64,000 bases of DNA from Felis catus (taxonomy: Eukaryota), in assembly GCF_018350175.1 (NCBI RefSeq), contig NC_058368.1, positions 158,970,001 through 159,034,000 of the forward strand, in the 5' to 3' direction. A program made the translations under genes and the position numbers. The notes under the pieces were generated by a model. That model made no database searches. It had not been told where the DNA came from and was given only the letters and a program-made list of their open reading frames with translations. Shown here piece after piece: positions 38,512-50,356 of the stretch. The stretch's first letter is position 1. Each line of letters starts with the position of its first letter.

Positions 38512-40508
38512 TAAGTAATTTTATTTAATAGAAGCTCTTTTACTTTAGTTATTGCCTTTAAATTTCAGCTTAAGAGAGAACTTACTACTTTTCAGTCTAA
38601 GTTTTTCGACTAAAAGATGAGTTTGTCAATGCTTAGAGTTACATGCTTATTGGACTGGAAGATATTTATACTTTATTTTACTCAACATCAGGAAGTATCT
38701 ATGAAAATATTTACTTCCAGTTGATCAAAAATCAGAGAGACAACATAAAGCAAAGTCAGTTGAAAGAACTAATTATAGAACTGTGCGTTTTGGAGTGCTC
38801 TTTGTAATCCTGTTAAGTGAATATCCAAATGTCCTATCAGACAAGAGTCTGCAACACTTACTCATCTGGCAGATATCTGAATGACAGCCAGTAGATTGCT
38901 GCCACATTACCCATGTCTCAGATGTCCTCCTTTCTGGATGTTGTCTCTTGCCACTTATTTTATAGAAAGAAAGAATGTCAGAAGAAAAAAGAAACAGAGA
39001 AAAATTTAAGCAATTGCTTCTGCTCACTAAATTAATTCTACTATCCTGTTGCTATTGGTTAAATCATTTGGATCCTGATCCTCCTATATCCGCACGCCTC
39101 ATAGCACTATTTGTCTTCACTTCTTCTATGCCAAATTATCATGTTGCCTGGGTTCCACCCACACCATGATTATTTAAACCTTTATTTTTTGGGCCCCAAG
39201 AGTTCATAGTGTTAAAGAGACAATAAAGTACTATACAGTGTGTGAAGTGTAACTCTTTGCCCTATGTATTCTATAATGCGCAGCTGGCTAGGGGAAGATA
39301 TGAAGTTTGTCCTAAGTGAAATTGAGACTAGGATATTCATGAATGCAGCACAAAAGGGATTAATAAATCTCAAAATTACAATGAGAAAGCACAGACTTTC
39401 ATTTTAAGTAAAGAGATCCCAGATCTCGTGCTGGAGGTGTGTATAATTACAGGTTATTAAATCTCCAAGCTAGCTCCGTCCTCAATTTCTTTGGGAATTG
39501 AGACCAACTATACAGAAAAGTTTCTGTTTGGGCATGAGATATTCAGCAGGGAGGCAACACCAGCTACTTTATCTCTCCTGAAAATATATTCAGAGAAAAC
39601 ATGGTCTTGGGACTTTGTTCCACAAGCAGATTAAGAATTTAATACAGTTTCCTAAATGAGAAGTTCTCTGATATCCTCTCACTACCCTCTGTATTTATGG
39701 TTCAAGCTGAACAAGATGTGCATCTTATGAGTGAAGAAAAACTTCAAATGGCCTACAATATAAGTTGGGAAATAAAAAAAAATAGACAAAAATAATAGTA
39801 ATGCAGTTATTCAAGAGAAGTTTTGCTGCTTACCTGACACTTGACTTGCCTTTTAAAAGTTGATCGACATCAGATCACATGTCAAGAAGATAATTTATTT
39901 GTAGTGTTAAAAAGTAGCCCTTCCTTACTTGTTAAAGTCTGATTTAATGCTTTCCAAATTTTTCGCTTCATGAATTGTACCTATTTTCTTCCCGCCTCCA
40001 CTTTCTGGCATGGCAGACAGATTTCAGTTTTTTTCTCACTGGAAATGCCAGATCATAGTGCTATGGCAACTGGTGCTGTCTCGGTATCCTTCCAAGGATG
40101 CCACCCCCACAAATTCTTCTAACCCATGACTATTTCTCATAATTTCCTGCTCTGAAGGGCAGGGCAGGGCAGGTGGCCCAGGCCCCACAGCACATAATGC
40201 TGACAGAGGCTCCAGCTCTGATGCTGTCACAAGGACCCACTCCAAGGGCCCACAGACATTTTGGATTTAAGTGTTAACATTAATTCCATACTTAAGAATG
40301 AAAGCTTGCAAACTTGTGCCATGTTTTCTTTTATTCTTCAGTTAGTCATGTGTATGCTTTTTACAAGTGATACTTGGGAAAAACATTTCCAAAGTAATTA
40401 CATTACTAGTCTTGCCTTTTATACATAAGCTCATCTTGAGTCCTTGAGATACAAATTTCTTAGGGTTAATTGATCTCAAGTTCTTTGTTCTATGACAGCA
40501 AAATTACG

Positions 40509-40512
<4 letters not shown>

Positions 40513-40541
<29 letters not shown>
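40513..40541. repeat. (CA)n microsatellite
   Basis: Perfect run. Confidence 0.95.
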
Positions 40542-40542
<1 letters not shown>

Positions 40543-41164
40543 AAAATAAGAAGTAAAATAGTGTTTGAACAGAAAGAAATTAATCTTTAAATATAGCTGA
40601 GGCTTAACTGACACCTTGCAGTTGGAATTGTAGTGTTACCTCTGCATTCTCATTATTTTTTTTTTTAAATTTGGACATAGCTTGAAGGTCTACTAGATAC
40701 AACATTTATGTTTATTCATCTAGGAAGTAAATATTTATGGATTGCCTGTATGTACCTTCTAGGCACTGAAGGTACATCCATTAACCATATTCACAAAAGT
40801 CTTTCATATACTTACACCTGGAGGGAAGTTGTAGAGAAGTCTAAGAGTCTGATTACAGTTAGTGATTAGGAGACTAGGTTCCAGTGTTGATATTTATACT
40901 GCATTATTAAGTGGCCTTGGTCTATTCCCAGATTGCTGTGGACTTCTTTCTTGTTGTTTGTAAAATGAAAGAATCCAAACAGATACTGTTGTTCTGTAGG
41001 CTGCTTATAAATATTTTTTTGTTTTTTTCTTTGTTTTTGGTTTACAGCAGTATCCTGGTAATGCATCTGGTAGTCCTAGGCACTTTTAGCATAAAGGAAA
41101 ATGGATTTAATACTGTAGTAATTTTGTCTGTGGTTATTTATTAATTCCTATGTTGAATTATGTG

Positions 41165-41880
41165 TGTAATGCATGTCTTCTATGTGTGCAGAAACTGTAC
41201 TTAGGGGTACACAGATGAATGAGGCAAATCTTTCTCCTCATGGTTTGGCTGAGGACATCTTCATTAAAGTAACTAATGGAACTGTAGTGGAATAAATGCT
41301 ATATTTCCTAGCAATCTGAAGAAGGTGTACTGGGAGACAAGCCAGATTCTGGCTTGTGGGATTTAGTTAAGCTTTGCAATGGAGGAGACATTTATCCTGG
41401 GTCACTAGGGACTAAAAAGGCAGAGCAAGTTAGAGAGGGACTTCTAAGAGCAGAGAAAGGTGAACACACAAATTCAGAGATATATAAAGATAGTCTGTTG
41501 TGAATGGCAAAGAAAATAACAAGTTCTTTTAAGATCAGACATAAGGGGTCAGCCTCCAAGGTAAGTGAGGATAGATAGGAAAGGAGAGTAAACTGAGATG
41601 AGATAGTGAAGAACCTTCTGTCTTTTATGGCTTATTAGGAAATTTTTTCACTTTTATCATTAAGATAAGGAGATTGAAGTGAAGTTTTTTTCTGGGTCCA
41701 GCTCAATGGTATTAATTTGTCTGATAAGTTTGTTTTCAGTGCTAGCCTCAGTGTGGAATACTTGAGTATTCTAAATAGATTGCATATTTTGTTCATACAG
41801 AATATCCCATGAAGGACTAGAGGGACAGGCACGTTTGTTTATATGTATAATAAGTTAACTAGTTAAGATGAGTTAGATGG
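41165..41880 (-). mobile_element. L2 relic
   Basis: CTATGTGTGCAGAAACTGTACTTAGGGG...GGAGGAGACATTT... purine-rich L2-like pattern. Confidence 0.5.
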
Positions 41881-41920
41881 GCTATAAGCAGTGAATTTAC
41901 TTTTCTTTAGTCTCTCAACC

Positions 41921-42090
41921 TTTTTTTTTAAAAATTTAATGTTTATTCATTTTTGAGAGACAGAGCATGAGCGGAGAAGGGGCAGACAGAGGGAGACACA
42001 GAATGTGAAGCAGGCTCCAGGCTCTGAGCTGTCAGCACAGAGCCCAATGCGTGGCTCGAATTCACGAACTGTGAGATCATGACCTGAACC
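41921..42090 (-). mobile_element. Can-SINE lacking its 5' ~40 nt
   Basis: Tail through GATCATGACCTGAACC only. Confidence 0.93.
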
Positions 42091-42094
42091 TGTT

Positions 42095-42236
42095 GGCTCA
42101 GGTCATGATCCCGGGATTGTGGGCTCGAGCCCTGCATAGGGCTCTGTGCTAGCATGTAGTCTGCTTAAGATTCTCTCTATATCCCTCTGCCCCTCTCCCT
42201 GGCTCTCTCTTTCTCTCTTTCTCCAAAAAATAAAAA
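42095..42236 (+). mobile_element. Can-SINE lacking its 5' ~40 nt
   Basis: Begins GGCTCAGGTCATGATC and runs to the AATAAA tail. Confidence 0.93.
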
Positions 42237-44479
42237 TATTCTCTTAAATTTCCCTTTCTCTTCCCTTGAAAACCTGGGTTCCATACAGATGTCAAAGCTT
42301 TCAGTCACATTCAACTATAAGGACAGTCTGGTTTTGATAAATAAGGCCGTTTCCAAAGTGATAAACATCCATGCCAATCTTAATGAAAATTTTAAACCCC
42401 ATTCCAACCTCAAAACATCTTCACTCATCCTCAATAAACCTGACCCATGTATTGGGAAACTTCCATGGGGAAAAGGAATGTGGACTGTGGTTTAACTTCT
42501 CTTCTTCTTCCTCCTGTGTTCTTAGATTCTCAAGGGTTTTAGCACTGGCAGGAGGACTTAGAAGAAAAGTACAATCATTCACTAAGCTGTTCTTATGTAT
42601 TTTTCTTTACTCAATTTCCTCTGTAAGGATAATACTAAATCTCTGGGTCTCTTATGGATTCAGATGTACATTCCTCAGAGCCCTTGCACAGACCACCGCA
42701 ATTCAATCTTGTAACATAGGTGACCTTCTCTCAGGGGGACAATCTGTGAAGTTTTCTCAGTCTCCCACTGGGAGCTACCTTCATTTAGCAGATTCCCTTC
42801 TCGGCTGGGATACCTTCAAAATGGCTCAGATTTGTTGTCTTCTGTGGCATCTGCTTTGTCATTAGGAAACTTGGGTATCTTTATTACACCAAGGAGACTT
42901 ATCCTACTGCTGCCCTTTGTCCCTTCTCTGTAATCACGGGGCGATCCAGGTATTCTCCAACATTCAGAATTATTCATGCAAGAAATATAATATGGTCTCT
43001 TGATTCAAATATACCCCCCACACTCTGGAGGAAACATGACAGTTGTTTCTACACTACTCTGGAAAAGGCATCATATTAAGCCTAGAGATTGTCACACTTG
43101 AGCAAAGGTTTACCATCTGTGGTGTTTTTCCTTGGAGGCTCTCCTTTCACCAGGTGGAAGTATGGGTGTAATAAGCAACAAGTCCATAGCAAGCTGAGGG
43201 AGAAAGGCATAGCATTTGTTTTAAAAGGATCCCCTGGGTGACAATGGAGGTAGAAGGACTAGTTCTCCTACCTCATAGCATGTTTGGTTGAAGAGATGGG
43301 GAGTCTCTGGTGGCTTTATAGAGTCTTTCAGAGTCTTCATAACCCTCAGTTATGAAGCTTTGGCTAAAACTGTGACAAACAAGGACAAAGTCTTATTTTA
43401 CATTTACATTTTGTGATAAATGCTTTTTATATTTTCCTAGTATATTTTTTTCTTAGTATTACCTAATAATCACCTTGACAATTCTAGCCTATCTTGCTGG
43501 GATAATGGTAGCTAATGAATGGCTAGATTTATAAAAAGTAGGGCAACATCTCACTGGGAGCCAACAGTGATAAAAGCAATATTAATCAAAGTGAAAACTC
43601 AGAAGGAATGGGGCACTTGAGGGTGTTGGATTGAGCTACACTTGTAAACATCCTTTCTCATTTAGAAAGTTGTGCTCAGGGCTTTTCTATTGAAGGACCG
43701 GACCCTGTTTTAACAAAGGAGGTTCTCACCTGGCAAACACTCCCTTATAGTGGCCAGTCAAGTAATTTCCATACTGTGTATCCTCAAACCTTTTGCTCTA
43801 ATAAAAGCCAGTTATGTCTACTCTAATCTTAGGATTCACGTGAAATCCAAATAGTGAAAACCTTCTTTATTATTCTATTTTATAAGTTAATAACTTCTAA
43901 TAATGACTTTGCACATTCTGGTATTAATTAAGAGATAGGCCAGCAATTTGACCACTTAGTAATCTGTAAGTTTGCTGGTGGGAAAGGGTTGATCTGCAGC
44001 TGTGTTGCCTTCATCAACTGACAATTCTAATTTGGATGGCTCTGTTTCATTGTCTTCCTGATGTATTTATTAAGCGACTGATGACACTCTCTCTCTTTAG
44101 TTTCTGAGTCTATGTGAGGTAGAACAACATCTGGGCATGTGATAAGTTCAGTAGGAGATAATGGAAAAGACACGGTGAGGGCTGAGAGAGTAAGTGTAGT
44201 TGAATTTAACAGTTCAAATAGAATTTTAATTTTATAAATGATTTTTGGAAACAATTTGACATATCATGTGTTAAATTCACATACAAAAAGACAAAAGATT
44301 AGGGAATAAGGTTGGGTAAGGTCCTGCTGCAACCACGCTTCTCCATTTAGAGAGCCATGCTCAGGAGTTCTTCTTTTGAAGGCTTCACCATTGTAATGGA
44401 TTATGAATGACCACATTTAGATATCCTCTCTATTATCCCCTGTGGTGGCCTATGCTTGAAGGACTAGGGGTTTTGCTGA

Positions 44480-44740
44480 CAAACAGGGCTGGATTGTAAT
44501 TCTTCCATTGCCCTTCAATAATTTTTTTTTTTATCAAATAAGTTACTGAACCTCTCTGAGTCCCCATATCTTCATTGGTACATTTAAACCTCACAGAAAA
44601 TTTGAGGCCAGTACTATTATTATCTCCATTTTATGAAGGAGAAAGCTGGGGCTAAGGGAATTTAAGTAACTTGTCATGCAACTTATAAATAAAGAACTCA
44701 GATTTGAATTTTGTCTCTCTCTAAAGCTCTTGCCTCAAGT
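44480..44740. mobile_element. Two MIR fragments in opposite orientation
   Basis: AAGTTACTGAACCTCTCTGAG (plus) followed by CTCCATTTTATGAAGGAGAAAGCTGGGGCT...AAGTAACTTG (minus). Confidence 0.6.
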
Positions 44741-44800
44741 ATGCTTTACAGGCTAAGTAACTTTTTAAGAAAAAAGATAACTTTATGTAAGTGCATTCTT

Positions 44801-45018
44801 TTTAATTAAAATTTTTAAATGTTTGGAGTCAGTGAGAGAGAGGGAGAGCCTGGGTGGGGTAGAGGCAGAGAGGGAGGAAGACACAATCACAAGGAAGCTC
44901 TGGGTTCTGAGCTGTCACCACAGAGCTGGACTTGGGGCTTGAACTCAGGAGCCGAGCCATGAGATCATGACCTGAGTGTAAGTCGGATGCTGAACCAATT
45001 GAGCCACCCAGGCACCCC
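44801..45018 (-). mobile_element. Can-SINE
   Basis: TSD TATGTAA(G)TGCATTCTT. Confidence 0.93.
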
Positions 45019-45054
45019 TATGTAATGCATTCTTGATGAAAATATTTAAAAGGC

Positions 45055-45530
45055 AATATATTAGTTAGGCCTTCTTTTGTGGAAAGAGATTGAAGCCCAA
45101 TTCAAGCCAGTTAAAACAAATAGGAAGAATTATCAGATGGTCAATGCGGTAGTTGTATGGCCAGATACCTGTAGATCTTTGGTCAAGGTTGAGGAACAAA
45201 GACTTGGATAAACTAGCACTTACTATCATTTACTTATCTAGACTGGTCTCTAGGCAGAGGCTTTGTTTTTATAATTCTCCATGTAGTGAGGAACAAGGCT
45301 GCTGGTATCTTTGGGGATATATCCTTATAGCCTCTGATAGAGAAGAATGTCTTACATGAAGGTTTGCCACATAAACCTTAGGGAAGGACTCTAATTGGCC
45401 TGCCTTAGATCACATGACAGATCTGTCCAATTGCTAGGGTCAGGATACTGTGATAATCAAGGTTTACCAAGGCTGGGCCATTTGCTTACTCTCTGGCCAG
45501 GGAAATAGACTCTTCTTTTAAAAGGAGGAA
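45055..45530 (-). mobile_element. Ancient MaLR LTR (MLT1J/K/L-like)
   Basis: TATTAGTTAGG...AAGCCCAATTCAAGCCAGTTAA...GGGAAGGACTCTAATTGGCC...GATCACATG. Confidence 0.5.
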
Positions 45531-45691
45531 GAAGCAGTAATGAATAATCACAGTAGCAATCACAGAATACTTAAATAAATCCCAGTAATATTGTACACAG
45601 TTATAAGTGATTTAATTAAACTTTTCAGTAAACATAAACAATTTGTCAGTTTTCTTATCCTAGAGTATATTTTTTAAGTGAGTAAATCACA

Positions 45692-45894
45692 GGAGCACCT
45701 GGGTAGCTCAGTTGGTTAAGCGTTAACTCTTGCTCAGGCCATGATCTCACAGTTGGTGAGTTCGAACTCCCGCTGAGCTCTCTGCTGTCAGCACAGAGCC
45801 TGCTTCGGTTCCCCTGTCTGCCACTCTGCCCTTCCCCTGACCATACTATCTCTTTTACTGTCTCAAAAATAAATAAAAATTAAAAAAATAAAAA
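45692..45894 (+). mobile_element. Can-SINE
   Basis: TSD GAGTAAATCAC. Confidence 0.94.
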
Positions 45895-46072
45895 GAGTAA
45901 ATCACGGAGGAGGAAAAAACCTTACTTTGTAACTAATAATCTTAAAATATTTTATTCACTTTACATTGAATAATGCATCTGTTAATTTTTGTACCTGGAA
46001 ATATCCATGAGAAATGTATTTTTTATTTTGGACTTAGTGAAAAGAGAACTTACACACATGGTGTAGTCATTC

Positions 46073-46109
46073 TGGAAAGCAGCTATGTTCACCACTATAC
46101 CACCAACAC
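46073..46109 (-). pseudogene. Retrocopy of the 5' half of tRNA-Gly(TCC), tailless retropseudogene
   Basis: Minus strand GTGTTGGTGGTATAGTGGTGAACATAGCTGCTTTCCA matches the recalled mammalian tRNA-Gly-TCC 5' half at 34 of 37 nt; flanked by CATGGTG(T/C)AGTCATTCTG. Confidence 0.9.
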
Positions 46110-47147
46110 CATGGTGCAGTCATTCTGAATGTTAAAAACAGAAGGACATTATGGGGGCTGGTGCTGTTTGCTTCCTGTTGTAATATCATGTATTTAATGA
46201 GAAGAGAGTGGACAAAGCTGGCAAGCTTTTCAAACAGTTCCATTTTGTGGTACCTGGGAGAGTTAATCAAAAGTCATATAATTTATTGAAGTAGATATAT
46301 TTACAATAGTACAAAATACATCTAGCAAATGACTTTGGTATGCCTGACTAGCAAGATGAACAAAAGTCAATATTTAAAATGAGAAAATGTAAGCATTCTA
46401 TCTTCATATTAACAACCTTGAAGAAGAAACAGCTGTTACATTATTTATTGCTTTCTAGATCCAACACAGTATTGTCATTTAATTTCTTGGACCCATATTT
46501 GCTTGGCTGCAGCATCACCACATGATTTAAACTCTGCAAAGTTTGGCTTTATAACCAACTCCAGGTGCAGAATTTTACACCAAGTCTCTATTCCCTTTTG
46601 AATTGAGATTCTTCCCAACTAACGGTTATTTTTAAGCAATTTAGGACTTGAAGACACAGACCTTTTTAGTGAATGCCACTTGTTTTTTGGACTTACAAGT
46701 TTAGGGATTGGAAATGTACTGACTATCTTGGACCAAGATGCTAGTATATGTCCAGAGTTTCCATTTTTATTATCAGTCTGTATTATCCTTTAATATGTTT
46801 GTTTGCCCTTCCAAGCATTAATAGTCCAGCACTTTGGAACCAAGATGATTTTCAGTTATGCACAGGAACCAATAAGATCTTAGGAAACATTGGCAAGTAG
46901 ACAAAGTACACATGCATGCACTGATAATTCTATGTTAATCTTTGTCAGCATAAAACTGTACAGAACAGATTTCTAGTTTATTCATGTCATTCACCTTTAT
47001 ATTCGGTCAACTTAATAGATGACTAACTCTCTGCACACTAGAATCATAGAGTCCAATCGAGTAACCACCAGCACTCTTGCCTGCCATTACCCCTATCACT
47101 ATGAACAGTAGTATCAGCTCTCTAATCCAAGGATGGCCTTGGATTAA

Positions 47148-47218
47148 GACTTTGAGATGAAGATGTGAGCTGAGATCAAGAGTCTGATGCTTAACCGACT
47201 GAGCCACTCAAGCACCCC
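47148..47218 (-). mobile_element. Can-SINE 5' fragment only
   Basis: GGGGTGCTTGAGTGGCTCAGTCGGTTAAGCATC... with no CT tract or tail. Confidence 0.85.
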
Positions 47219-47522
47219 AGTGTATTCTATTCTTTCAGGTCAACTCTTAATCCTCATCCCTCTTTATTAATACCAAGGATTTATATAAGAATCTAAAAGT
47301 CACTCCTTAAAATACAAAATAGAAGCATTCAGTTACTAAAAAAATATGTATTGAATATTTGTACTCTGGATACAGCTGTGAAAAAGAGAAATGAAGTTTC
47401 TGAATCCTTTGAACTTGAGTTTTAGTAAGGAGAGACAGAAACAAGTTAAATAAGATATTTGAGAGTTGTAAGTTCTATGAAAAATAATATATTTTACAAC
47501 TCTGAGGAGTATTTGCATTTTA

Positions 47523-47731
47523 CTTTTTTTTTAAAGTTTATTTATTTATTTTGAGAGAGCACCAGCAGGGGAGGGGCAGAGAGAGTGGGAGAAAGAGAAT
47601 TCAAGCAGGCTGCCTGCTGTCAGCACAGAGCCTGACATAGCATTCGAACTTGCAGACTGTGAAATCATGACCTGAGCTGAAATCTAGAGTCAGACGCTTA
47701 ACCGACTGAACCACCCAGTACTAGGTGTCCC
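47523..47731 (-). mobile_element. Can-SINE
   Basis: 15-bp TSD AGTATTTGCATTTTA. Confidence 0.95.
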
Positions 47732-48924
47732 TAGTATTTGCATTTTAAAGTAGTTACATGCCAAATTAATTGATTGTATGGTACTTGGAATTTACTTCTA
47801 GATTATTGCCTAATAACCCTTTCCATCAATTCTTCTACTTTTTATTACATTTATTTTTCAACAGTTGCAATTTTCTGTTTAATATAGGTTAGAAAAGAAA
47901 AGTGTGGGCTGGCCATTTGACTAAAAAGCCAAATAGAAGTAGAACCATGGCTAAAAAGGGAACCAACAACTTCTAGGTATATGTTTTACAGCAATTTTTT
48001 ATCCCTTACACTCCTGAAATGCAGACAATAGAAACAGAGAAGGGAGACGAGAGGGGCAGGGAATCAGCACCAGTGGGTGCTGACCTACATGGGCAGAAGT
48101 CTCATGTAGGAGTTAAAATATATTCAGCTGCAGAGGCCCAGTTGAATAGTAGGGTAATAAGTTCAGACTTTACAAAACTTCATGCTGAAGTCATTTGTGC
48201 AGATGCCTATCTTGGCACTTTGTTGTAAGTTTCACCCACTCAACTAGGTAGAGCTAAGATGAAGGAAACTTTTTGTTAGAAATCATGGATATTAGCTCTG
48301 AACTAGGCAGCCGTCCTGTCCTACAAAGTTAACCTATGCTTTTCTATACTCTAAGGTCCTGTATTGAAAGATGAATTTTATTGAATGGTACACACGGTTT
48401 CATTCTGTGTATAATTTAATTTCCTAACAAATATTTTAATTTCGAGGGAGGGAGGGACAGGGAAGGAAGATATGGAAACGCAAGTGAATGGTATCAAAGA
48501 AAACACTGAAGAGAGTTTCAAGAAAGAAGGTGTGATCCATAGTTAAAGGTGTCTAAGAAATAAAAAAAAAAAGCTAAGTGTTTATTTGGTTATGCAAGGT
48601 TGTTGGTATCTTGGGCAAGAGCAATTTCAGTAGAATGATAGCGGAGAAAGCTGGATTACTGTATGTTGATTGGTCTCTGAGGGAGTACAATAAGCAAATA
48701 CAGTCTAACCCTCTGTGAAGTTTGGATACTTTAGGAAGGAGAAAGACAGTATCAATAGAAGCTCCTTATAGAATGAGAGAGGCTTGAGTATGTTTTTAGG
48801 CTGAAGGGAAAGAGCCAATGAGGAGATGAATTCAGAGATTAGGATTTTGAGGAAAAATGAATAAAAGCAAGAGGAGTACAGTTCAAGACATAGATGGTTG
48901 GCCTTGCACAAGAGGATGATCTTT

Positions 48925-49064
48925 ATTTTTTTTTTAAATTTTTAATGTTTATTTATTTTTTGAGACACAGAGACAGAGCATGAGTGGGGGAGGGACAGAG
49001 AGAGAGAGGAAGACACATAATCTGCAGCAGGCTCCAGGCTCTGTGATGATAGCACCAGGCACTC
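48925..49064 (-). mobile_element. Can-SINE with large internal deletion
   Basis: TSD CAAGAGGA(T/A)GA(T/G)CTTT at 48909-48924 and 49065-49080. Confidence 0.9.
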
Positions 49065-49171
49065 CAAGAGGAAGAGCTTTCTCTTTGAGGTTATAGGAAA
49101 GCTGGTAAGAATAGCTGTGACTATGGACATAATAGGTAGTAAGAGTGACTTAACAGAGATCTTACTAAATG

Positions 49172-49395
49172 TTTTTTTTTTTCAAAGTTTATTTATTTAT
49201 TTTGAGAGAGCGAGTGAGCAGGGGAGGGGCAGATAGAGGTTGAGAGAGAGAATCCCAAGCAGTCTCTGCCCTGTCAGAAGATAGGACTGTCCGTGCAGAG
49301 CCTGATTAGGGGATCACATTTATGAACTGTGAGGTTATAACCTGAACTGAAAGCCAGAGTTGGACGCTTAACCGACTTAGCCACCCAGGTGCCCC
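49172..49395 (-). mobile_element. Can-SINE with 16-nt insertion
   Basis: Consensus; degenerate TSD TTACT..ATG.TTTT. Confidence 0.93.
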
Positions 49396-50164
49396 TTACT
49401 GGATGGTTTTAATAAGATGCAAGATAATCTTTTATAAATGTATGTAGCAAAGATTGATTATGGAGCTTAATAAGAATGAAAGCAGTTTGGGATAATGAGT
49501 GAAAATATTAGAGGAGGGAATTAATCTTAGTAAAATTGCAGACTGTGAATTTGTAGTGGTACCAATCTGCACTATCACATGATTGTCCCCATAGGTGTTC
49601 AGCCTCTTTAGTCCAAGAGGAGAAAGAGATATTTACAGCATTGATCCAGGATTAGGGTTTTACTAGTTAGGGAAATAGAATGAAAAGAGAGGTTATAAAT
49701 TTAATGAGACTAGAAATATTGTAGTGTGTCTCAGATGGTTTACCTTTCTGTCCATGCTGACAAGGAAAGGGATAAGAAAGCAAATGGTCTAGAGTCTTTT
49801 GAGAAAATGTTGAGTAAAAAAACTTCATTATGATATAATCCCTGGTGTATTTCTGGGAAGGAGTAGCTAAAGTGGATTTGAAGAGATCAAGAATTTATGA
49901 GGAGGAATGGGTATAGAAGACAGTTTTAGATAAAGATAGAAGGTAGAGCATTCAGAAGATAGGACTGTAACAATGGAAAGAAATTCCACAGGTATATTAG
50001 AGTTGAAAGTAGTATCTATAGTAGAAGCACAGGATGTCTAGCACAGTAGAGACAGAAGTGTGGACTTAAACTGAAGACTAGCTATAAGAATAAACTGTAT
50101 TTCAGTCCTGGACTTAGAATCTCTAAAACTGATGTCAACCTATTTTTTTTTTAACTTTTAAAAA

Positions 50165-50356
50165 ACATTTTTTAAGGTTTATTTATTTGTGACGCGGGGG
50201 GGGCAGAGAGAAAGAGAGAGACGGATATAGAATCCCAAGGAGGCTCCACACTTAGCACAGAGCCAGATGCAGAGCTCAATCCCATGACCATGAGATCATG
50301 ACCTGAGCTGAAATCAAGAGTCAGACACATAACCCCCTGAGCCACCCAGGCACCCC
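50165..50356 (-). mobile_element. Can-SINE in the tail of an L1
   Basis: Consensus in reverse, abutting an L1 3' end. Confidence 0.93.

Larger units (their letters stand above)
48440..50000 (-). mobile_element. L2 relic interrupted by SINEs
   Basis: GAAGAGAGTTTCAAGAAAG...CTTGGGCAAGAGCAATTTCAGTAGAATG pattern. Confidence 0.55.

Noticed and set aside
40057..40071. RFX X-box-like motif GTGCTATGGCAAC
   Set aside because: A single imperfect motif with no promoter context.
42371..42865. 164-aa plus-strand ORF as a CDS
   Set aside because: No recognisable domain or gene context; kept only as a low-confidence finding.
43335..43357. Hairpin CTTCATAAC-CCTCA-GTTATGAAG (similar one at about 24618-24640)
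   Set aside because: Short stems of this size are expected occasionally by chance; no supporting context.
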